The notes beneath the pieces were generated by a model, which worked only from the letters and a program-made list of their open reading frames with translations, ran no database searches and was not told where the DNA came from. A program made the position numbers and the translations under genes. From Octopus vulgaris (Eukaryota), in assembly GCA_951406725.2 (NCBI GenBank), contig OX597828.1:22196001-22260000 (forward strand): a DNA stretch of 64,000 nt. Reading direction: 5' to 3'. This document shows positions 53,372 to 64,000 of the stretch, piece after piece. Each line of letters opens with the position of its first letter. Positions within the stretch are counted from its first letter, which is position 1.

Positions 53372-53775
53372 CGGAATCCTCCTTACTCTAGAAACCTCTT
53401 AAAAGTATGACCCTTACCTAAATTACAATAGGAACGAAAATCAACATAAAGCCACGGAATCACAAGTTACAAACGGTTCAACGTCCAAGGGCACATCTTC
53501 AGCAAGAAATTTTATAGACCTGCTCAAAAGTTGTTCCTCACCAAGTGAGAAACCTTCGAATGGGGAACTGTTTCATCAATTAAATCGACACAGTATTTAA
53601 CTGTTGCTATATTTTGCTACTAAACATGAAAAATGTGTGTGCGGTCAACTAGAAAACTAGAAAATACCTCAGGGTGTGATGAAGGCGACGTCATTGCTAC
53701 GGAGATACTTTCAATGAGGAATAGCAAACGTTCACCGTGCAGCCCAGAGTACGATAAAGTCATGGTACTGCAGTC

Positions 53776-54005
53776 GGGCGAGCTGGCAGAAACGTTAGCA
53801 CGCCGGGCGAAATACGTAGCCGTATTTCGTCTGCCGTTTCGTTCTGAGTTCAAATTCCGCCGAGGTCGACTTTGCCTTTCATCCTTTCGGGGTCGATTAA
53901 ATAAGTACCAGTTACGCACTAGGGTCGATATAATCGACTTAATCCCTTTGTCTGTCCTCGTTTGTCCTCTCTGTGTTTAGCCCCTTGTGGGTAGTAAAGA
54001 AATAG
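53776..54005 (+). mobile_element. SINE family B
   Basis: Near-identical to 36945-37176. Confidence 0.85.
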
Positions 54006-54574
54006 CTACTGCAGCCGATTGTGATGAGCGAACGGAAGAGCTCAACTGAACCAACGATTTCTATTACATTGATGCTAAACTGAAGTATCCTAAAAGCTCA
54101 GCGGTTAGAATCACTCAGCTTTATCAACAGAGTAACTGCAAAGCATACAGAGCGTTGGCGTCCATATTTATGCAATCAGCTAATGAAAGATTATTTATGA
54201 CTTAAGTTTCCAATTCGCAGAATTGGATGGCGATTGTCACGGGAATGCGCATAATCAGCTTGACCGAATATACATTTATTTCTTTCAGCCAGCCATCATG
54301 CTAGAGCACCAAATTTGAAGGGTTTTAGTCGAACAAATCAACCCCTGGACTTATTCAATATAAGCCCAATACTTATTCTATCAGAAACTTGCGCCGAACC
54401 ACTAGCTTACGGGGTCGTAAACACACAAACATCGGTTGTGAAGCAATGGTGGAGGGACAAACACAAACAGAAAGTCACACACATACAAACCACACCACAC
54501 CACACTTTCATATAAATATTTACAACCAGATAGGCTGGTCCTGACACTCCGGCTCTGTCAGCTTCATCGTCGCA

Positions 54575-54620
<46 letters not shown>

Positions 54621-54880
54621 CTTGTTGTATTTGGGGATGGTCATGTTGCCAGTTGAGTCAATAAAACAAACGCACTATATATATGGTGTTAAATTGCTTC
54701 AGGTTTTATTTTATGTATTACATTAATCGCATTTCAGCCAGAGTTCTTTCTTCTCCTCATCAGTGGTCCTTTGCTTTCGTCCTTCTTATTTGTGTGTCTT
54801 TCCTTACTAACGATCGGCCATATACAGTGCATATGTTTTATTAGCTAAACTGGCAATATGACCATTCCCAGATACAACAA
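54621..54880. mobile_element. Fold-back element (~65-bp arms) in a (TA)n tract, degenerate CTGATGA...GAAA in the spacer
   Basis: ttgttgtatttggggatggtcatgttgccagtt is mirrored by aactggcaatatgaccattcccagatacaacaa. The minus strand has CTGATGA near 54760. Confidence 0.55.
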
Positions 54881-54889
54881 TACATATAC

Positions 54890-54949
<60 letters not shown>

Positions 54950-55004
54950 ATACATATACATGCCTCCATATAGATAACCATAATATATATATATATATAT
55001 ATAT

Positions 55005-55071
<67 letters not shown>

Positions 55072-55230
55072 CATTCTTGCAAAGTGGAAATTTTTTGTTG
55101 AATCAAAATTGGGGTGGAGAATGTGGCATATTTGTATTGTTTAGTGTTCTTCGTAGGTAACCTAATTCGGTTTGGACAATGCTTTGATTTCCGTGTCTAG
55201 CGTTGGTAAGTTCTGTGGCATACACACACG

Positions 55231-55272
<42 letters not shown>

Positions 55273-56032
55273 TATATGTATATATATATATATAGATAGA
55301 TATCTGTGTGTGTGTACGTGCACACATGTATACGCACAACACATATATATATATATTGTGTGTGTATCTATACATATGTGTGTATGTGTGTGTGTGTGCG
55401 TGTGTGTGTGTGTGTGAAAATCGAGGATAGTTTACCAAGCAGCTACAGAGAGGTGATACATTCCGCACTTTGCTTGCGAAATAGATACACAAATTGACGA
55501 ACGCCGAAGTCAATCAACAGGTGCTTCAAAAGAAAACACCTACAATTACAATTTCTATTACATATACTGGGTACTATTTTTTTTTCCATTTGTAGACGAA
55601 AGACAAAACAAACAAACAGATAAGACGGAGAGAAAGAGATAAGAAGAGCGTGAGAAGGAAGGGCAATAACTCAGTAACTAAGTATTTTCTTGCTGACTAA
55701 AATCGTCTCTGAGCAGACTTGCTTACAAGAGCGGATCTTCTATCTATTCACGTAGAATCGCTATTATTTTCATGCAGACTAGTTTATTTTCCTTTACCTC
55801 ACAATCTTATATTCCAATAATGTTTTACTCTTTTTTTTTCTATGATCGATTTTCGTATTTTTTTTTGTTGTTTTGGTTCCATAAACAAGAGAAAAAGAAC
55901 AAAATAGGAAAGTAATAGAAGTTACTTTTTCTCTGGCATGAAACAAGACGAATTTGAAGTGGAGATACATACGTAAATACGTACGTACATACATACATAC
56001 ATACATACATACATACATACATACACATATAC

Positions 56033-56097
<65 letters not shown>

Positions 56098-56142
56098 ATT
56101 ATGTATAAGCATATATGTTCATATACATATAGGACATGAGTG

Positions 56143-56223
<81 letters not shown>

Positions 56224-56488
56224 GGGATGATAATAATAATAATATTAATAGCGATTGAAAATAATATGATGTATAAAACAATAAAACACGGAGAGACCTG
56301 TTTTGTGACCAGAAGGCATTTGGGTTGTTGGGTGTGATATATATATATATTAGGTGCAATTTATAAATGTCTTATAGAATTAAATGACTTTAATATCACT
56401 TTAGCTTTATATGTTATGTTTGCATGAGTCTATGCATATATGTGTATGCGTGAGAAGGTATATGTGTACATATACGTTCACAGGTATG

Positions 56489-56602
<114 letters not shown>

Positions 56603-56786
56603 TGTTTATATGTATGTATTTATCTCTATGTGTATGATATCGATCACTAACTACTTTTACTTATATTCAATATATTTTGTTAGATATCTGCCGCTGAGAA
56701 GCTTGTGTGTCTGTCTGTATGTATGTATATACGTATGTATCTCTCTCTAGTTTTCCGCATAAAAACCCGCACACATATATACTTAT

Positions 56787-56850
<64 letters not shown>

Positions 56851-56940
56851 ATCTATATTTATTTAGGTGTATATATATATATGTGTGTATATATATATAT
56901 GTATACATATATGTATATGTATATATATACACGTTTAAAT

Positions 56941-56971
<31 letters not shown>

Positions 56972-57416
56972 CATACATATACATATATATTTATATATAC
57001 ATAGATATATATATATGTATGTGTATGTGTACGTGTGTGTGTATATGTGTGTATATATTTATACATACATACATACATGTATACTGTGCCTTTTCCACAG
57101 GTCTTTCTTCTTGTGTCCTATGTTTTTTAAATGTGTATGCCATCGGTAAGCATTCTTAAGAATTTTACCTGAACACAGCACTTACAAACACACACACACA
57201 TACACACACAAACACCACATGCTCACCTTCACACAGACATACTCACACACAGTGCCAGACACACACACACACACATATATTTATTCATTTATTCTTATGT
57301 GCCTATATATTTATGTTTGGATAAACGTGTGTACACTTGGAATTGTAATTGTAGACGGTGTGTTCCAGCGCACGCGTTGTTGTGTGCATGTGTGTATGAG
57401 TGTGTGTGTGTGCGTC

Positions 57417-57461
<45 letters not shown>

Positions 57462-58994
57462 GTGTGTGCGTGTGTGTGTGTTGTAGCCTATTTGTTTAGT
57501 ATCGCTAGATAATACACGGCCAAATATCTATTGGAAGTCTCTGACTACTTATTCTATATTCTGTGAATTCCAAACACTCTATCCGCAGTGCACCTTTAAC
57601 CTAGAATACTTGAGAAATACGATGCAGCTTTAGAACCGAATCTCCTTGCCGCAAGCGAACTCTCAGTCCTAGTTAAAACTTTCTCTGCACACAGAAACAA
57701 CCAGAAAATATATACATGTTTGCATATGTATGTATGTGCTTGTGAGTGTCTGTGTGTGCGTGTGTATACATATACATTCAGAGACCACTAAGGAGCTATA
57801 TCTTGCAAATATATTTCTTCAATATATATATGTATATACATATATATATATATATATATATGCGTGTATAGATATATATTCGTATATTTTTGTGTGTGTA
57901 TATACTTGTACATACATAAATATATTCATATACCTGCATGCATAGCCAGTGTTAATGTAAATATGTGTATAATTGGTTGTACTTTTAAATTCATATTGCA
58001 GAAATTAATGAAGAAATGAAGGCGGCACATGTTTGATGCGTGTGACTTGCTGATCCTGGTATCTATGTATGTGATGGTATATAAGTTATAGTAAGGGTGT
58101 CGAGTGATTACAACACCAGTCTGATATAAATAGACCCCAAATGGTCTACGATCCACTTAGATTATTACTCCACTACACAAGATTGTAAGCGAGGAAAATA
58201 GACAGCGATGATTTATAAAATCCTTTGGATAGTCCCAAATTTATAGATTTCACGGTTTGAGTTATTAAGAACCGTTTCCGATCATCAGTGGAAACATACC
58301 GAATGTAAATAAATGAAAAATACATTATACATGCCACCATAACCGCGAATAATGTACATACATTTCGCACGTATTCACGAATTTAAATCCTAGCGCCTAT
58401 TTCAACCAAGTTCAGCAGTAAATACGTTAGAGGAGTGAATTAATATATATTTTTATACGTAATCAGGATAAAGACTTTATTTAATGATTTATCAGTGGCC
58501 AGCATACTAAAGTATCATAAAGGTTAATTTATATTAAAATTGTAATGAGACATTATAATGCGACTTTAGGGGACTGATCTGTCTGTTTAGCATTAAATTT
58601 TTTGATAGAACTCTGTCTCCGAGTTCTCTCGATGAAAACGTTGATCATAAAGTAGCTTCTTAGGGTTAACGGATCTGTATTCGGCTGTATTTGTCCCCTT
58701 TATTTTCGGCAGATTTATCTCCGGGCATACTTGTGATGTCTGTGTTAGTTTGAGGAAAATTGTTTTGTCATTGTTTTGCTTCGTTTGTGACACGCGCTTT
58801 CATATGTGTGTATGTGTGTCCTGTAAAATTCACATAGTTGTGCCTATAGTAGAAAGGATTATTATTATTATTATCATCATCCATCATCATAATCGTCATC
58901 ATCATCATCATCATCATCATCATCAACATTATTATTATTATTATTATTATCATCATCATCATCATTATTATTATTACTGTTATTATTATTATTA

Positions 58995-59420
58995 TTATTA
59001 CCCCCGCCTTAGCGAAGGCGGAGGTATTGTTTTTCCGTCTGTGTTTGTTTGTTTGTTTGTCTGTGGACAAGATATATCAAGAACCACTGTATGAATTCGG
59101 TTGAAAGTTCCAGGGATGTTTGACCTCCCGACTGGCGCCAACTGATTAGATTTTGCGATCGATCCGGTACCGGACAAGGATTCCTGATTATTATTCCTGT
59201 TTCTTTTTCTTTCTTTCTTTCTTTCTTTCTTACTTTCTTTTTTTTTTTAACTTAATTTGCGAGAACAGTCCGGTTCGTTTTTAGTGCCCTCGTTTATGAG
59301 AGCAGCCGAGTTTTATTTCAGATATTCTCATTTCTAAAAACCATTTCTGGCAATTCGTTGAGAGGACGCTGATGTTGCTCTGGCGGTGACTTGCGCTCAC
59401 TGATTGCTTTGGTTATTATT
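58995..59420 (+). mobile_element. Helentron-associated non-autonomous element (HINE/DINE-1-like)
   Basis: 5' ttacccccgcc-ttagcgaa-ggcggaggt subterminal IR, then a (GTTT)n tract, then a 3' tggcggtg..ttgcgctcactgattgc hairpin-like end, with T-rich flanks. Confidence 0.7.
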
Positions 59421-59958
59421 GTTAAATTGGCGTACAAATAAAACGCAATGTTCACAAGGGAGACATATGTACTATTAACGCAATTCTCAAATGGAAACTA
59501 CGGGACATTTAAATTAGAGAGCTTGACCTTTGTGTTACAGGTACAGGGAATTATTATATTTATTCAACTGAGTTGAATAAAATGAATAATTAATGAATTA
59601 CTTCGACTTTCATTTAACCATATGCGTAATTGAAATATATGAGGTGTTTTCAACAATTGTTTTAGAATATAGTTTTAGAAGGCTAACGATATACTAGGCT
59701 TTATAAAAGCAGACATTTACTGATTTATTCATGTTTCATAGTTATCTATCAATCTAGCTATCAGTTTCTCTTTTTGCCTCTATGTATATAAGCATATATG
59801 TATATATGTGTGTGTGTTTGTGGGCGCGCATATATGTACATATATATATATTCCCGTGCGTGTGTATATATATATATATATATTGTATATATATTATATA
59901 CATAATATATATGTATATATATATATATATAGATAGATAGATATATAGATAGATAGAT

Positions 59959-59989
<31 letters not shown>

Positions 59990-60096
59990 TGGGAATGTCT
60001 TGGGTAGGGGTTAGTGGATTACATCGCCTCCTTTGCTTAACTGGTACTTATTATATCGTCCCGGAAAGGATGTTAGGTATAGACGTCCTCGGGGAA

Positions 60097-60144
<48 letters not shown>

Positions 60145-60978
60145 ATATATATATATATATGTGTGTATATAGACATACACATAGACATACACAGACGCAC
60201 ACAAATACATACAGAAACTTCACCACTCGCTCTACCTCAAATTCTCTGATTATCTTCATTCCGAATTTATGAATGTACTCTCTTATCTATCTATTTGTCT
60301 ATCTATCTATCTGTCTATCTATCTGTCTGTCTGTCTGTCTGTCTATCTCTCTCTGTCTCTCTATCCATCTATCTATCTATCTGTCTGTCTATCTATCTAT
60401 CTATCTTTCTATCTATCTGTATACCTATCTATATATCTTCCCCTACCTGTCCATACATCTACACTCCTCCCCGCTATACTTCCTCTGTAATATCACTCTT
60501 TCTCCCGCTCACACATTATTCTCAACAATTTGTTTAGCCTAGCAAATAATTCATACTTCGATGTATTTAAGTAAGAAACTCTGCTTTCGCTAATTCATAT
60601 CCCTTCTGAAACAAGGAGGACCAATTTTCCCTGTGTATTTTTATGTGTGAAAGTGTCTGAAAATTAATTCTTGTATGTATATGTGTATGCATGTGTATGC
60701 ATGTGTGCATATGTGTATGTCTATGTGTGTGTGTGTGTGTGTGCGTGCGTGCATGTTTGTGTGTTTATGTGTGTGTGAGTGTGTGTACCTCATGGTGTGT
60801 GAAAGTACGTATATAGTCACAAATGCCTTCTACTCTACTCCATTTGTCTTCATATACACAGTGAAGTTTTCTCTAAGACACCAGGACAGCCATCCATATT
60901 GTTTTAATTATATATGTTCACACATAGACTGAGACACACATACATTATGTACATATACATGCATATATATATGTATGT

Positions 60979-61054
<76 letters not shown>

Positions 61055-61919
61055 GCTTATGTCTATATAAATGTATATATATATATATAATCTTCTGTGT
61101 GTATTTGTATACGTTTATGAGTTTCTTATGACGTGTACTTACAAATGCATACATAGCTAGGAACAATAGATAACATAGCGATGGGCACATCATTTTATGA
61201 CAGTTACAGTGATATGACAACATATACATATATATATGTATATATATATATACATATGCATACACACACACACACACATACACACACACACATATATATA
61301 TATATATATGTGTGTGTGTATAAATGTACGTACGTACATACATACATGCATACATTTGTATAATATATATATTTCGGAATCGTCTGATTCGAGTTGGTCT
61401 CTGATATCATTCGATTCGATAAGGAACGCTATTATTAGCCGCTATTAAAGATCATTAAAATATATCAATTTTCAAAATTCTCATAAGTCTAATACGGAAA
61501 ATTCTAATAAAGCCATTGGTAAATTGTCATTTCTCTGTGTCTTGATAGTATGACCGTCTCGACTTATCTGATTATGTAAGCGAATTTACGAGTGCTCTTT
61601 GTCAGTTTTCGCATTCATGTATTCTGGTTTTACCAAGTTTTAGAGTTATTATAAACTAACTGTACACCGTCGTTGAGTTGACCATTCTTTCGTCTATGAA
61701 ACAATTATAATGATATTCAAAGAATGTATGTCTCTACACTCCTTCTCATCTCATTTCTGTCTGTCTCTGTCTCTCTCTGTTTCTCTCCCTCTCTCTTTCT
61801 CTTTGTTTTAATGCGATATAATCGCAAAAGTATAAAATAAATTACGGAGTAAGTCAGGTCCAAAATATGGGTAGAGTAAAGGGGTGACGAAGACCAGGTC
61901 AGCAATGAGATTAGATTGA

Positions 61920-61920
61920 A

Positions 61921-61959
<39 letters not shown>

Positions 61960-61977
61960 AATAATGATGATGATGAA

Positions 61978-62046
<69 letters not shown>

Positions 62047-62250
62047 ATTGATTATGATGATGGCGACAGCGTTGATGATGAAGTTGATCATAATGATAAT
62101 GACGATAACGATGATGACGAGGGATAATACGATTATGATGTTGAAGACAACGACAACAACGAAGGCGGCGGCGGTGGCGGTGGTGAAGAAGAAGAAGAAG
62201 AAGAAGAAGAAGAAATAGAAGAAGATGAACAAGAAGAAGAAGAAGAAGAA

Positions 62251-62312
<62 letters not shown>

Positions 62313-62670
62313 AGAAGAAGAAAACGAAGAAGATGAACAAGAAATAGAAGAAGAAGAAGAAGAAGAAGAAGAAGAAAAAGAGGAAGAAGAAGAAGAAGAA
62401 GAAAACGAAGAAGATGAACAAGAAATAGAAGAAGAAGAAGAAGAAGAAGAAGAAGAAGAAGAAGAAGAAGAAGAAGAAGAAGAAGAAGAAGAAGAAGAAG
62501 AAGATGTGGATGATGATTTTATGGGTGACCATTCTAGTGATTGTAACACTACTGCTGTTGATGATGATGATGATGATGATAAGGTTGTTGTTTGTAGACT
62601 TGTTGATGAAGTTGACGACGAAACCGAGAGAGATGGTGTTGATGATAATGATGATGATGAAGATGATGAT
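61920..62670. repeat. Compound (GAT)n/(GAA)n microsatellite with internal higher-order duplication
   Basis: Seen directly. The unit gaagatgaacaagaa recurs, twice followed by atagaag. Confidence 0.9.
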
Positions 62671-63869
62671 GAACGCAGATATCAAAATCTCCAGCACAGA
62701 ATGCCAAAACTTTCTGTGCTTGTGTAATCGATTCAGCTGATATTACATGCACGAGATTTATTTCACTGATGTCAGAAAGATAAAATTAAATGTTAACTCT
62801 TTCGAGATTTGAGCTTAAAACGCAAAACAACCAGATATGTACCACAGTTTGTATTTCGCTTAAAAAATCTCTGCAACTGTACATCAACGATTATATTCAT
62901 AAATACAATATTATATTTCCTGTTCCACTTGCCACAAGAATTCAGTGGTGATATATATCCTTCGCACAAAGCCACAAATAAGGATTGAATTCAAGAGAGA
63001 AAATAACATGAAAAATACTATAAAGTGTATATTTAATAAAACTCTTCTTCTTTCATAATCTACTATGGAAATGAGAGGGTACGAATGTCTATAACCCCAA
63101 AAGGCACCGAAGCGGTAAGTGCTCGAGAAAAACGGATTTGATTTTCGAAATCTACGTCAGAAAGAGGAGGCTTTTGGTAAATGACAATCAAGAAATATAA
63201 TTTGATACGAGAAGTATGTCGCTAAATCTCGTCCTCTCTATTTGCCACATGTATTTATCTGTCTCACTGTCTTTTAAGCTTTCCCTTTCCTATAAATATT
63301 TACTCTTTTTCTGTACATGTACGTCTCTCGTGCATGTAGCTCCGACTGTCTCTCTTTCGCTTTCTCTCCCACTTGATATGACACGTAATTGCTTTTTTTT
63401 TTTTTTAAACGTCGTCACTGTCACGTGTTTGATTTCATTTTGTAATTGACACTATTAAGCAGAAAATGCTAGCTTCCAAATCCTGTTTTCTGATTGGGTG
63501 AAAATTACCAAACTTTAAACGTCTGTAACATTCTTCTAATTTTTTTCTATAAATGAATCAAAATCAGATTGGGCATGAAATATTACGTCAGCTGTGACAG
63601 CAACAGAAAAGGTCCTCTAATACCCTCCTTCTATCTCTTTCTGACAAAAAATAAAATGAAATAATGGCATACTATTGCGAAAATTGTCCAGTAACTGCGG
63701 GCTACTCAGCTAGTTCACTATGTTAAACGCTCTCACGCTGGGGAATTTCGCCCAAGGAAAGGCCGTACCTTAAGCCTGATACGTATACAAGAATAAAGGC
63801 AAAAGAATGTATGTGTGTGCGTGTGTATGTGTTTATGTGGGGTGGGGAGACAGAAGAAAAGAAAGGGAT

Positions 63870-64000
63870 AGAAAGGTTTTGTGTGGTAAGAGGTTTGCAT
63901 CCCAAACACATGGTTCAAGCTTCGGTCTCACTGTGTATCATTTGGGAAAAATTTTCTGTTTAGACTCAAGGCGACCATGCCTTGTGAGTGAATAATTTGT
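63870..64000 (+). mobile_element. Degenerate SINE family A head (runs off the window)
   Basis: gtgtggtaagaggtttgcatcccaaacacatggttc...gccttgtgagtg. Confidence 0.55.

Noticed and set aside
53465-53510. Minus-strand CTGAAGATGTGCCCTTGGACGTTGAACCG as a hammerhead
   Set aside because: It lacks GAAA and convincing stems and is too degenerate to call.

Overview
Eukaryotic, very AT-rich and microsatellite-dense DNA with no host protein-coding exon I can support. The repeat families and (TA)n/(CA)n/(GATA)n density suggest a cephalopod such as Octopus (inference). Most ORFs in the track are translation artefacts of simple repeats. The real content is mobile DNA: a near full-length but damaged CR1-group LINE (~17040-22310) with a tandem-repeat 5' region, a Myb/SANT + CCCH ORF1 and an APE-RT ORF2; a decayed Penelope-like (PLE) RT; a decayed DD37D/maT-type Tc1-mariner transposase; mariner MITEs; head-to-tail non-autonomous Helitrons; a Helentron/DINE-1-like element; and at least three tRNA-headed SINE families, one sharing its 3' tail with the LINE. 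The most striking signal is a dispersed set of short fold-back (inverted-repeat) elements in (TA)n tracts that carry hammerhead-ribozyme-like motifs with palindromic stem III, as known for PLE pseudo-LTRs. Their catalytic core covaries at the 3-8 pair (C3-G8, G3-C8, U3-A8, U3-G8), and the fold-back hinge often falls in or next to the ribozyme. All alignments and folds were read by eye, so boundaries are approximate.
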